A stretch of DNA of 64,000 bases from Podarcis liolepis (Eukaryota). This document shows positions 49,296-62,935 of this stretch, piece after piece; positions within the stretch are counted from its first letter, which is position 1, and the number at the start of each line of letters is the position of its first letter. The translations under genes were made by a program, and so were the position numbers. Under the pieces are notes generated by a model that saw only the letters and a program-made list of their open reading frames with translations, did no database searches and had not been told where the DNA came from. The stretch lies in NCBI GenBank assembly GCA_965112155.1, contig OZ218103.1. One strand, 5' to 3'.

Positions 49296-50995
49296 TTGAA
49301 CATATAAGCATCATTAAAACTGAGTTATGCAAGAGTCTGATACTTGATTCATCTAGCTTAGTATTGTCTCCTATAACTAGGAGTGGCTCTTCATGATCTC
49401 AGACAAAAATCTTTTCCATCACCTGGTTTCTGAGTGCTTTTAATCAGAGGTGCAAAGGATTATACTTGGGTCCTCTCGCCTGCAAACATGTGTTCTATGA
49501 ATTGTGGCCACTCCCCTCCTCCTTGCTGATATTTAAAAAAGGATGCTCTATCTTGCAGTGTCCATTTTCAGGGGGGTATGCCAAAGCAAACGAGAGTTAA
49601 TCAAAAACAGTCATAGAAAAAAGTCAAACACAAACAGGCAGCTGCACGGATGATTAGGTTGCAAACACATTTTGAGAAAAACTGTTTGTCAAGGCCTGAC
49701 TAAACCCAATACATGAAGCATCTCTCACTTCCTTCCCACCAAAGTTGTCAACTCCCTCTCCAGCTAACAAAGCATGCCGGCAAACCAGAACGTTGCCAGC
49801 CCATCACCCATGCCTTCCCAAAGTGAACATTAACTTCAATTTGAAAAAGCTGATAGGAGAAAACAGAAAAATCAAGCGGAACATGGGCACCTTCTCCACT
49901 GAAGAGTCAGGCACTCTTAAAAGAAGAGAATGTCAGAAAAACGCAACAGAGCCAAGCAGAAAGCTGCACAATGCCAGCGAAGCAGCAGGTGACAGCAGAG
50001 CTTAAAATTTCTCCTGGGTTCTGGAATTTCACAGCAGGCAACCTCTGGCATTTGGGCCCAGACAATGTGAGACGAGCTGTGTTCTTGCTGTGACAAAACA
50101 CCCCGCCCAGAAACAGTCACCATTAGCATGTGTTCTGCCAGTGAGAAACCTCCAGAGCCAAAGGACAAGTGCAGCAATTAGAATGCAGGGAGGGAGGGGG
50201 GCAGGAGCTGTTTAACTGCACGACCCCAGAGGTCAGTGCATCTGACTCCTAGCACTTCCATAAATATTACATGAATGGGGGGGGGGGATGTTTTAAGCTT
50301 CCCTGAACGAATTCTCCCTTTGACCCTTCCCTTCATTCTCACATTCTACATGCAGCTCAACATGTTAGCAACGTTATGTACACATGCAAAAGGCCAGATA
50401 ATAATTTGTGTAAATGAAGGGAAGTGGATAAAAGTGTTGACTGCAGGAGTGACCTAGAAAAAGCAGGGATCTCCAATACCCATCCGTGTTCCATATGCAA
50501 CAGTTCTTCTATATAATGCATTTATCATCTGCTTGGAGTCAGTGCCTCACAATCAGATCCATCAAAGCACAGGACACCAGAAAGGGGAAAAAAAAACTTT
50601 CAGCAGTACATGGATCATGCAAGATATGAAGAGTCAACTTGCCATACGACTGTAATTGCATTCTGTCACCACTGAACCTTATGGGTAGAGATGCCAAATG
50701 AACTGGTTTGCTCTGAATTTCAGCGTGAACTGACCTGATCTGCATCTCCAGGATTAATGCAAAGAATAAAATGTGATTTTGTGATGTTTGATTTGTTTGT
50801 GCACCTATACACACACAGATGTGAACCTATGGCCACCCGCACCCCCTCAAGTCTTTCCTTGGCCACACATGGCATATTCCTACAACTTTTCTTTGCAAAA
50901 AAAAGCTCTAGCATCTTTACAGCTCTTTTCGGAATATATACACACATACCAGCCCTGTTTTGCCTTTCTTAAAAACAAAATTAAAGTCACCTGAA

Positions 50996-51130
50996 CAGTC
51001 TTCCCCAACCTGGTGCCCCCTGATGTTTTGGATTACAACTCCCTTCATTCCTCAACACTGACCATGTTAGCAGCGGGTGATGGGAGTTACAGCCTAAAAG
51101 CAAATGGAGGGCACCAGTTGGGAAAGGCTG
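50996..51130. mobile_element. Palindromic hAT-type MITE copy
   Basis: Termini cagtcttccccaacctggtgccc...gggcaccagttgggaaaggctg. Confidence 0.8.
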
Positions 51131-51988
51131 CACTAGAGAGAGAGAGAAGAAACAGAATCCTTCAGGAATTCACCTAGCATGAGGCTCTCACCAAACCATG
51201 TAATATAGTAATCACCAAGTGACTCAGTGATCCTAGTGTACCTCTAAGCCTGATAGCTATTTGACCATTTAGACATTTCCCACACTGGTGGTATGAAGGC
51301 AAGGTCTGCAAGTATCCTGGAACTGAGAAAGAGCCCCAGCCTTCATGCATCTCCTATGATCGTGCTCTAATGCTCCTTGACATCCCTCTGAAGACGGTGA
51401 GCTATTTGTAGTCACCACCATGATTTGTTAGTAATTATTTTCATGGTGTCACATTGCTGTCACACTGCTAACAAAGAGACAGGCAGCCCGAGGCTGCTTG
51501 CAAGAGACACTCAGAAAATGTGGCGGGGGGTGGGGGGGTGGGATTGTCAGGCACCCAAAGACTCTCTTTGCTCAACAGAGCTTTCGAACCAGAGCCCTTA
51601 CAATAGCCTAAAATCAATGGTTCCTCAGAAGCAGCAAGCCAGCACTATCTTGCACTTTGGCCACAGAGGCTGAAATTAATTACTATCCTCCTCCGCACTA
51701 TCCCTGAAACAAAGCCAACAAAGCCAGCGGGTTCGGGGTAGTTTTAGATTTCCTTAAGCTATTAACGTGCTAGAAATCTAAAGCAAAGACACATACAAAA
51801 TGTGGGTGCAGATGACTTTAGCCATATCTTTTCAAGCTGCATTTTCCCCCCAAGCACTGCAAAACCACTGCAAAGTCTACAGTATCCCAGTATCGGCAAA
51901 TATGCTAATTTATACACAGTGACAATGTGCTGTATTTCTTCAGTCTGGCCGCCTTAGCTGTTTAGCATTTCCCAGTGCTAAGGGACAG

Positions 51989-51992
<4 letters not shown>

Positions 51993-52039
<47 letters not shown>
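51993..52039. repeat. (GA)n microsatellite
   Basis: Seen directly. Confidence 0.95.
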
Positions 52040-52043
<4 letters not shown>

Positions 52044-53032
52044 CACAGCCTAATGGCTTGTGCCCGTTACCTTGCCCTCGTGTCACTGACATCCCAAGAA
52101 CTTCCTATATGCCAGCTCCATCCATCCATCTTGCACCTGTGACTGTGATACTTCAGGCTGACTTGTCAGTCAAAGGTAATCATCCTTCCCCCACTATCTG
52201 CATTGCTTGCTTGGTCCCATGAGAAATGTCAGCAATTCTAAGACCTGGTATGTTGCACAATACAAATACAGTCAAATGAAAGTGAGCTGCCACACCAGCT
52301 GACCCTTCAGGCTGCCTTGATTCCAGCTGCATAGAATAAGGGTGAACATGGCTCCTTGAGCAACCCTAAATGTTTAAAGCATCCAATAGGTATGATCTTC
52401 CTTCTGCTCAATGTAACAGCTTGCACATCATACATCACGAAAACAGAAGAAAAGTGCCAAAGAATTCTGAGGACATTAAAACTAATTGTAGAAGCTTAAC
52501 CTGGAGAGTGTGTGTCACATAAAGACAAGTTGCGAAACTTACCATATGCTCCAAAAATTGATACACTGCCCCCCCAATGGCCCTAATCACTACTTAGAAC
52601 ATTTAAACGGTCCATAAAATGCAAGTGATGCAGCAGCTCATGGGGCTGCAAAATGATGTCACAATTCAAGAGGATGGTTTGACCTCATCTGTACCTGCAG
52701 AATTAATGGAAGGAGGATGTTGGTTCCAAGTTTGCACTGTTTCCATAAAGCCACCAAAGTCCTAGCACAACAATAGCTAAAGAACATGCAGATACATTCA
52801 CACCTCAAAAGGCAGAAACGTGAAACATTGTTCAGACAGCCTGATAATGTTAGCATCGATGCAGCACAGAAAGGATAAATAATTTAACTTCAGCCATACC
52901 TAATACTCCTTGCTATTTAACTTTGCCCAGAATCCATTTTGCTTGTCGTCCCCGCCCCCATATGATAGTATATACTGCTTTTTCAGCTTCAAAGTACTGC
53001 CTCCAACAATATTGAAGGTTCTTGGTCAAATA

Positions 53033-53307
53033 CAGAGGTCAGAAACCTTTTTCAGCCATGGGCCGGTCCACCGTCCCTCAGACCATGTGGTGGGCCGGAC
53101 TATATTTTTTTGGGGGGGGAAATGAATGAATTCTTATGCCCCACAAATAACCCAGAGATGCATTTTAAATAAAAGCACACATTCTACTCATGTAAAAACA
53201 CCAGGCAGGCCCCACAAATAACCCAGAGATGCATTTTAAATAAAAGGACACATTCTACTCATGTAAAAACACGCTGATTCCCACGGGCCTTAGGTTGCCT
53301 ACCCCTG
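53033..53307. mobile_element. Young non-autonomous hAT (Charlie-like) element with an internal 71-bp tandem duplication
   Basis: Termini CAGAGGTCAGAAACCT...AGGTTGCCTACCCCTG; 8-bp TSD GTCAAATA/GTCAAACA. The repeat unit gccccacaaataacccagagatgc... starts at 53138 and 53209. Confidence 0.88.
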
Positions 53308-54089
53308 GTCAAACACATAAAGCGGAGCCTACAGCCAAAACAGATCATCCTATATTCTCAACAGGTTTCATCTCTGACCTCTGCCTTTCACTAACAACTT
53401 AAACAGATAACTGCCATTTAACTCGATTTTGCTACAACCTAGCCAGCCAAAGAACATAGAGCCCCAGAGTTTTCAGCATCACACAAAAAAACTCCAGATC
53501 TCTAGAGCTAACAGAATGGAAAAGGAGCTCCAAGATTATCTACCTAACCCGACGCACTGAAAGAATTATCTAGATCACATCTGGGCAACTTAAGACCCAT
53601 ATGCCAAATACAAATTACGGGCATCCTTTCTGTAGCGTGTCAAGTATTCACTGCATCACATAGCATGCTAGCTACCACCTTACATTGTATTTTATTACAC
53701 TTTAGCCCAGTATATCTTTCAGGAAATAGCTCTGTTCATTTGACAGAATGTATTGTCAGCAAACCCAAAGTGTAAGTTCTCTTCCCTATCATGGTCCAGA
53801 AAGCTTCAGCAGGAATACAATCCAACCTATGCTCAAAAAGTCATCCAGCAGAACGCTATGCTAACTGATTGTGTCTCCCCATTCTTATTAAAATATCATC
53901 AAGCAAGGAAGTTGGTCAATAACCTCAAAAAAACACCTATATGAATATTTGGCAATATGCAAATATAAATATAATTGATGAATAATCAATTACAAAGCTG
54001 GTGAAAAATCAATTTAAAATATCTAATCAGCTAACTTTCCTATTTCTTGATTTTCTTAGACCTCATGTGGAACATGCATCAACAGAATA

Positions 54090-54315
54090 TTGTCCTGATT
54101 AAAGGAAGTAATAGTACCACTCTATTCTGCCTTGGTCAGACTACACCTGGAATACTGTGTCTAGTTCTGGGCACCACAATTTAAGAAGGATGTTGACAAG
54201 CTGGACAAGATGATCAAGGGTCTGGAAACCAAGTCTTTTGAGGGATGGTTGAGGGAGTTGGGTATGTTTAGCCTGGGAAAGAAGAGACTGAAATGAGATA
54301 TGATAGCCATCATTT
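54090..54315 (+). mobile_element. CR1 ORF2 C-terminal fragment
   Basis: Translates [46 protein letters not shown]. Confidence 0.9.
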
Positions 54316-55789
54316 ATCACAGTTTTAAGGGAGAAAAGCATGCTCACAGTGACATAAAATAAATGCTTATGGACTAGTAGCTTTTACAGACTTTTGTATG
54401 GCTATGCTACCCTGCAGTACAACCACTGCCAGTCTCCGCATACTTTTTCTCAGTCTCAACTACAAGAAAATAGGACAATGCCACCACCCACCCCAATTAT
54501 GAGTAATAAATTATTTTTTATTAAATAAATAATCACTCTCTCTCTAATATTCTACCCTAGATATCAGTTTCTCTTATGTTTTGCCCCCTTTCTTAGCATT
54601 TTACTATCCCTTGTGATACTGTTGTCTGGCTTCATTCCCATGGTCTTAATTTCCAAACCAATACCACTGTGCTCTCTCAACTTACACTGTGTCAAAGCTC
54701 ATTATGCTTTCAGCTAACACACCACCAACCCCTTCAGATACAGGGATGAAGCTCTTACCCTTTGTGTATAGAAGATTAGACAAGCTGAAGTTTGCCGTCC
54801 ATAGCAAGGTAATCCCTACGTGAACGGCTTAGTTACAAGCATCTCACCCAAAACCAATTCCTAGAAACCACAGGGAGAGGGAGAGAGGGGGGAGGAAGAC
54901 ACTTGCAGGATTCGACATACAACCCTCCATTCCCAAACAAAGAAAAAGAAAGCAGCAGAAAAGGTAAGCATGCAGAGCCATAAAATTAGAAAATACAGGA
55001 CTGAGAAAGCGGGTGCTTGGATTACAAAACTAGTTTAAGTTTCCTTTTGTCTTGAAGAGTGAGAGATTCGGGGGTAAAATAATAGTCAGGGGTTTAGAAG
55101 AAGCTCACTGCCTGCAAAAGGTTCAATCTGGCCTCCCATGCCCATATCTTTATGTATCTGCTGGGAAAAGTCATCTGGGGGTTTGAGTTGAAGTGTCACC
55201 AAAACAAAATGGCATTCATTTCTGCCTGTCTACCCACGGGAGGTTGTGGAAGCCCTCCACCTAGACAAGAGGAGGTGCTGTGGATTGGAAAGTCACCATC
55301 TCCAGATTCAGCTGCACAAGTAGTCCTAGATGGGACTGTGGCCCCCAAGGAACAGCAACCACAAAAAAATCCAGAACAGATTTAACAGATGCATGGGGAG
55401 AGGAGGGAGGAAAATTTATGCTGTGCAAACAAACATCCTTGCACTAATGGAACTACTGTGTTGGCTACCACTAATATTCTGTCAGTTTTAACTCTAATGG
55501 GGAAGTTATGGCCTAAATTTTATAAAGATTTAATTCTGCAATGTTGCATGTTGGTAATTGGTTGTGAGCCACTTTGTGAAGAAAAATTCTCCGAAAAAGT
55601 GGGGTATAATTTTTTTAAATAAATAAAAGCAATAGCCAGATGAAGCAGAATTCAGTACATACACAGTACACACATAGGTCTTCTACTTGTTTATTCCAGA
55701 ACATATTATGCTGACAGCAATTTTTATGGTGAAGCATGTGATGTAGCAGCATAGGTATTATATGTACTTGGAAAAAGAAGCCAAGGATC

Positions 55790-56070
55790 CGCACTTAACC
55801 ATGGTTTCCCATTCATGTGTGAACTGAAACAATGCTTAATGATTTCAAGACAAGCAACTTTGAACTATGGCTTAATATCCTGGCTTGTTTTGAAGCCACT
55901 AACCATACTTTCCAGATTCACACATATTGGGGAGCTATGATTAAGTAAGGAATCTTGTTCTGTTGTTTGCGTGAAGGGAGGAGCTAAAGGGCAGAAAAGG
56001 GACTGCCTGCAGCAGTTGCGTACTGCTCATGCATATCTTAACTTTTAAAAAGATTGGCTTAATATCATGT
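55790..56070. mobile_element. AACCATGGTT-family palindromic MITE
   Basis: Long imperfect inverted repeat, 55795-55854 versus 55883-55943. Confidence 0.65.
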
Positions 56071-57149
56071 GAAAAGTGGTCTATCTGCTAAGATTCTTAG
56101 AGGATTGTGAATTCTGCATTTGCATGGCTTGGTTGCAGAATACACATAATCCTGCCCTTAATTTGCCATTATCAGTTGTGAGATCTGACAAATTCTCCAG
56201 GCAGAAATTTTAACTGCTTGGCATTATTCAAAGCAACTTATTTGTGTGACTGGTTAGGTTTGTGTTGTTATTTTTAGGATGTAAATTTCTTGATTCAGGA
56301 GCAAAATCGTTCACTCAAAGAATACAGGGCAATAAGCACAATAGCACTATTCCTAAAAAGTCACACATCCACCAGTATTAGCATCTCGGGAAGCAGTCTC
56401 TCACACTAGAAGATATTAGAACTGTGCATGAGTCGACAGTATTAACAGTGAGGTCCAGTGTAGCATGAGCAAATGCAACATGATATCTCCTTCTCCTCCA
56501 ATCTGTAGCATGTTGCACACCTCCAAAATCTCCAGAACAGATTTTGGAGTCACAGGTGGAGACTGGAAGGTGAAGGAAAGAAAATTCCTGCTGCACACAT
56601 GGATTTCAGCAAGCAGGTGGATCTTACTGGGTGCCGCCATAATACTGGACTTCAGTTAACTTAAACCTAGAACATGGTTGGTAACTTAAGACCTTGGATC
56701 TATGAAAGTCAAGTGGTTTATTCTCTGAGCTAGTAATAGAGAGCTTCTGCCCTTTCCATTGTTCTTGATATATTCTGAGCATGGCATCGCCAACTCTTCT
56801 TGTAAAACTTGGAAAAGGGAAAATTAAAAACAGTAAAATCAAATTAAGCAATGGTATAATTCACTGCTAAGGATTCACTAATGTGCATCCCAAGAAATGC
56901 ACCAAGAGCTATAAATGTTTCTAGTATGTTTTATCGCCATATTAGAAAGCAAGCATTTGCTTTTTAACCACTTACTTATCAAAATAAAAACTTCTGAGCA
57001 AGTAGTTTCCTGGAGAGAAATGAATTAGTCAAGTCTTTCCTGCCATGGAAATAATCAGATACGCATTTTCATGTCTTAGAAATTTAGCTTTTGCAGGTGG
57101 GACTTGTTCTGCTTCTCATCCTCAGCCCCAAACAGTACTTAATAGTCTG

Positions 57150-57380
57150 TTTGGATCAAACTGTTCATCCATCCCATCATACTCTTTTCCATAGTGGTCA
57201 TTGAGATGCTTTGGGAAAGCCCACTAGAAGCAGAGCGTGAAGGCAACAGCCTTCCTCTGCTGCTGCCCACAGTAACAAGTAGGTTCCATTGAACTATCAT
57301 GGCTAATAGGCATTACAGACACATTTGCCAAATCCCCCTTTGAAGTCAGTCAAGCCAGTGGCAATAATGACATCTTCTGT
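57150..57380 (-). mobile_element. Degenerate CR1 3' end
   Basis: Reverse-complement similarity to 42440-42720 (catggctaatag...cttttgaag..caagccagtggc). Confidence 0.6.
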
Positions 57381-58899
57381 CAGACAGAAGATGGATCTCT
57401 AGTCTGACCCAGCTTGGCAACTATTATACTAAGTTATCTTGGGTGCTACTCCAAGTCAGCACAAAAGTGAAGTTCCTTCATGATATAAATGGGGTGCAGT
57501 ATGACAGCCTGTTCCTTGTATATGTGGAGGACCTTCTCAGGGATGCCTACTATTTTTATATTATATGCAGGTTGTGAATAAGAGCAGAATGAACAGGGTG
57601 GAGATCAAGCCTCTATATCTGCTTCCAGAAAATCAGACAAGGTTGAAATATCTATGCTCTACTTCTGGTTCTCCTGGATGGTAATGATGAAGCTAGACAG
57701 GCTGAATTATCCAGGATATAGCACAATGCATCAATATAATGATATAGCAGACAGGAAAGAATGACTCACCAGGTGCTGGTTTGCTTTGAGGAGAGAGAAA
57801 AAGAATACAATGCCATCCCACCATACTGTTGGAACGAGGAGATTTTCCAGAGATACAGGACAGAACAGGGAGGCTTCCTCAGAGGGAAGCCTGGTGTGAA
57901 TAAGCCTGAGGTAGTTCCCTTATCTGGCCCCTCCAAGGAAGCAAGACCCAGTGGTTTGTAACAAAAAAATACACCATTCACTGCTCATAACAAACAATAC
58001 ACATCACAGTTTGCTATAAATCCCACGCTACACTGGTTTCCAAGAATGAGCTGCTTACCCCAAGTCCAAGCTTTGCCTTACAGTTTCACATTCTCAAGTA
58101 GCTCCTTGGAATCCCCTTCCCACAGCACTTGTTCTCAGGCCTAAGGTCCCATAAGCTTAACAAGGCTGAATCTCCACTCACACATTTCAGCCTGGCAGGT
58201 CTGGTACCTCTTATCTCGAGCTTCAGGTAGTTTCTTTTTAATTAATAGCATTTCTGTATCGATGGAGGAAACTCTAACACCCAGAATGAATGGCCCTCTC
58301 TCATTAGATCCACTGCTGTCATGATGTATTCAAGCTGTGGAGGAGAATTCATTTCCTCTCAGGTGCATGGACTTTTCTTTTCCTTAGTGGGGGGAGGTTT
58401 TTAGAATGAGTGACGGTATTTGCCAAACCTGACATGAGACTACGTTGATGTGAAATGCCTTTGTCAGGACAACTCTTCAGAAAGGTGATGTTCCCACTCA
58501 GGGGCTTTTTCCTCGTTAAAGAAATTGCATCTTAACAAGGAAAGGAGGCTAGTAAGCAGGAGGAGAACAGCTGTCTTCCTTTTGCCAATCCGATTCCCGC
58601 TGATCAGTGGGGGCTGGGTGTCAGGAAATCCACCCATGCACATGTTGGGTACAGAATCAGCACCTGGTTTCTGACCCCAGGGTTACAATGAGCCTTCTGG
58701 GCAACAACTCACCACGTATTCCAAACAGGTCCATGATACTATTCTGACCTAAGCTCATCACTACTGGATATTCACTTATGCCTAGCTGCTGTCAACATCT
58801 AATGAAGAACCCTGGAACCCTGAAGCTAAACAAAATAATGTGACAGTATGCCAGCTACGAATCTACTGGAACAGAAACAGCCTTGTTTCAGTTATCCAT

Positions 58900-59220
58900 T
58901 ACCTGGTAACTTCCTGTGTGGACTACTGCAATGCACTGGGTACGGGGCTGCATTTGAAAATGGTTTGGAAACTCCAGAATATGACCATGAGACTGCTAAC
59001 TGGGACCAGATGATATGAGCACATCAAGCCAGTACTTCAATGCCTTCACTGGTTCCGTTTCCAGGAAGAGTTAAACAAGTATTGGTGTTTATTTTTAGGG
59101 CCTTTCAAAGCTTAGAACAAAGATACTGAAGAACTCTTTCCCCCCCATTCCTACACATACCTACCTAACACTTCAGATTTTCTTCAAGTCCATCTTCATG
59201 TGCCCCTACCAGGTGAGGTG
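58900..59220 (+). mobile_element. Degenerate L2 ORF2 C-terminal fragment
   Basis: Translates VTS.VDYCNAL.GL.LK.VWKLQ..RLLTG..EHIKPVL..LHW. Confidence 0.8.
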
Positions 59221-59342
59221 CAGGATGTGGCCCCTCAGATGCTGCTGAACTACAACTCACATTCTTCCTATCAGCCATGCTTGCTGGGGCCTTTAGGAAC
59301 TATACTTCAGCAATATATGAAGGGTCACAGGTTAGCACCCCT
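59221..59342. mobile_element. Palindromic hAT-type MITE copy
   Basis: tgtggccc..cagatg..gaactacaactc...gaagggtcacaggtt..cacccct. Confidence 0.7.
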
Positions 59343-61404
59343 ACTGCAACAACAAGTGATAAAACCTTAGAATTTTTTTTCTGAAACACTGAAAGAAAGA
59401 GGATGGAAAGTACTGAGAAAGAGCCACTGATTCTTATTCCAACAATGAATTGGAACTGTAAAAAAACACACATGATTGCTCCTTGTACCCATTAAGGAGA
59501 AACACAAGATAGAGAGCTCCCTCAAGTGCAGAAGATATATTTTCAGAAATATATCGTTTAATTTTCCTGTTATTATCTGGAATAAAAAGATTAATACCTG
59601 TTAACCTGCCACATATTTTTGCAACTTATTTGATGCTAGTCTGGCCTTTGACTTTTAAAAAATCTGGATCTGAACCAGTATGATTCCTGAAAACTCACAC
59701 ACTCATCTATCATAAGCAAAACAGCTGTTTATCCTTTGCACAATAATGACATATTAGTTAGCTTCCCTCCAGTGCACTCTTAGAATATAATTGAACTTTG
59801 CTGAGGAATACATCTGAGGTATGCTGCACATCCAAGCTACTGTGCCTCTTTTGGTCCTTGAGGCAGCATATCAGCTCTTCACCAATCCCATTTGAAAAGA
59901 GATGTAGCTCAGTTCTGCTTTGCTAAATCTTATTTGGCAATGTGTCTAAACACATGCAAACTTAATTAGTTCAGGAGGGAGCCTCAGCATTCATAGTGAT
60001 GGATAAAAGTAAATGGGGAAATGAGACGAGTCAGGGCTGGCAGCAAGCGCTCTCTCACTCAAGCTCAAGCCATGTTCGCCAACATGCTGCTAATCAGATG
60101 TGATGGCACTAAGGCTTCCGCAGCCCATCTCCACTGGGACAAAGTGACGGGCTGTTCATTAACAGGTAGCTGCTGAAGCCCTTACTTCCATGGAGCCGGA
60201 ATCACAAAACCACAGGTTTCCCACTTGGCACCAGAAACATCCAAGGATTAGCCTCTGAAACTGTTGTGTAAAATAACATTTTAAAATAAGATAAAATGCA
60301 TGGTGGGGGAGATGAGCCATTTACAACATCTTCTGAGGCTACAATGGAATGTTCTCTCCCACATGATTGAAAATGCATGTAGAAGATACGCAAAGAATGA
60401 CGTTAACAAACTCAAAAAGGACCTGTGGTGTCTCCTGCTGGCCACGAGGCCTCAAATTCACACTGCAGGAAGGAAAATCCTCATTATGTTATTTTCCCTC
60501 ACAGAATCATAGAAGTGTATGATATGTTTGTCCTAGATATATTTTGTAAGGCTTCCATAATAGAATTATACACCTCAACTAGCTAGCTCTATAGCTTAGC
60601 TGTTTTAGAATGAAGTCCCTCACTCCTGCCAACCAAGTGTCCAACTTAAAATAGGCCTGCACACACTTGAACTATTGCTTCTTGTTCTGTATTTAATGAT
60701 CCTGGTCTTTCTTCTCTATGCCAGCCTCTTCCACATTCTATTTGCAAACAAGCGCAAATGGACCTGATAAATCTCAGCAAAGCTAGTCCACTCAGCTTTT
60801 ATGGTTTTTATGCATTTCAAGCTCTTTACCATCTTTGATGCTCATTCAAATCCTCTCCAGTTTGTTTGTATCCCCCTTAAAATGTGACAACAAAAACTAG
60901 ACAAGCTGCTCCAGCTGAGCAGCACCTTCCAACCTTTTTGGAAGCATTTCCGATCATGTGATATATGAATTTGGTTAAATAACTAAATAAAAATGTGGAC
61001 AGGATTCAACAAAAGAAGATTCACTACCAGGGAGTGTAAAAAGTTGACAACAACCAGAATATGTAACTCCAAATGCTCCAGGTAAACATCTCCAAATGAT
61101 GCAGGTAAACAAATTGAGGTACATATGTTTATTTTATTCTGGAAGCTTGGAGACATGCACAACAACAATCTGAGATTTTTGCAATACAGACTGAAGTGAT
61201 GGTGAAAGGTGGCAATGATTCTGGAGGCACACAAAGGCAAAAGAATTAAACACAAAAATGTCCTTATGCAGTACCAGAATCTAGCACTGATACAATGACA
61301 ATTCCTCACCTAATCCCAAAGACACAGGCTATATAGATATGACCTAAGGGATCACTTGGCCATCTGTAGGGACACTGATACATCACATTTGAGAAACTCA
61401 CCTT

Positions 61405-61530
61405 CACAAATCAAGTGACCTTCAGACATTTTGGACTACAACTCCCCTCAGCCCCAACCAGCACAGGTGGCTGGGATTGGTGGAAATTGCAATCCAAAAC
61501 ATCTGGATGGCATCAGGTCAGGGAAAGCTT
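61405..61530. mobile_element. Palindromic hAT-type MITE copy
   Basis: ttttggactacaactccc...aatccaaaacatctggatgggcatcagg. Confidence 0.7.
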
Positions 61531-62344
61531 GACTTGCCCACAAAGGTAACTCTGTGTTGCAGATTTAGGGCCAGATGCTCTAACACCAAAACAAGATGTA
61601 GAGAAAATTGTAGGGATAAAGAATATATATTTAGGGCAATGAAATTCTGAATTTTATCATATTGATGCTTTAAAGGAAATTAAGCCCTGCTAAATCTCTG
61701 CAACAAGGTCAATCTATGGTGGCTCTAGACAGGGCTTCAAAGAAGGCTCAGATACAGACTGTTCTGCTAACACAAATACAAAAAAGTAATTATTTTGTCT
61801 AAAAAAGAGCAACACCATTTCTTTCCACATTGGGTCTTTTGCTGTCAGTTCAGCCCCAATTTTTCAAGTTAGCACTAGTAATCTGTCCAAGCAAGTAAGT
61901 GCTCAAGAATCCTTCTCAATGCTGAATGGAATAAGCATGGATTCTCTCCGGCAGCATGCCCTCTTATGACTTGTAGAAATTCACGTGTGATTGAAAGCCA
62001 AGCAGCACAGCTAACAAGTTGTGGATGTCAGGTTAGCACTGTATATGTCAAGTGCACAACCTTTTTCTTGTAATATAACCGGCATCACTCTGCTAGAGAG
62101 GCAAAGATCGGGTCACATGAGCCCCAGTGCTTTCTGTCTGTCCAGATATTACTGATAAACAGGGATAAGTGGCTTTTATGTACATGCACTCAATTAAGGA
62201 ACATAATAACGCACTGTAGTTGAACAGATTCAAAATGGTTGTGGTGTCTCCTGCTGGCCACTAAGCCTCAAATCCTTCTTCACACTGGGTGTGAATGAGA
62301 GGACCACAAAGGAAGTACACTTTCACATGCCACATGGAGTATGC

Positions 62345-62595
62345 CATGGATGGCTTTAAAAGGAGGTTAGTCAAATTCATGGACGATAAAGCTATCAAGG
62401 ACTCTAAGTCTTGATGGCTATATAATGCCTACAGGATCAGAAGCAGAATACAGAACACAAGTTGCTGAGGAACAGGAGCAGGGGGAGGACCCTTGCTTTC
62501 ATGTCCATGAGTTTCTGCTTGATTATTGTAGAAAACAGGAAGCTCAGCTAGATTGGCTTTTGGTCTGATCCTGCAAGGCTCTTATTATGTTCTTA
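62345..62595 (+). mobile_element. CR1 3' end
   Basis: ggatggctttaaaaggaggttagtcaaattcatggac...tggtctgatcc..aaggctcttattatgttctta. Confidence 0.8.
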
Positions 62596-62935
62596 ACCCC
62601 TTTACATCAGTATAATGCCAGGCACCTTGTGTAGTTCAATAATACAAAATTGTAGCAGACCAAGTCAGGGAGTTACAAAGACATGGAGCTGTATCAGTTC
62701 CTCCACTATTAAGTTGTATTGCAGTTGACTGAAATTAACTGCTGTAGCTGATTTTCTATAGAAGGTGTCTAGGAAAAGAGAGCTCTTGGCTAATAAGGCC
62801 CCAAACAATTAAAATATATGTCAACATCACAACTATTGTTTTAATTTAATTTTGGTGTACAGAAGCTGATATCTTTCAGTATGAAAGTAGAGAAAGACCA
62901 TCCCCTTTTAAACCTACTGACAGTCTTATTGGGGG

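Noticed and set aside
53138-53272. CRISPR-like or satellite array
   Set aside because: Only two units, no spacers, inside a hAT MITE in a vertebrate genome.
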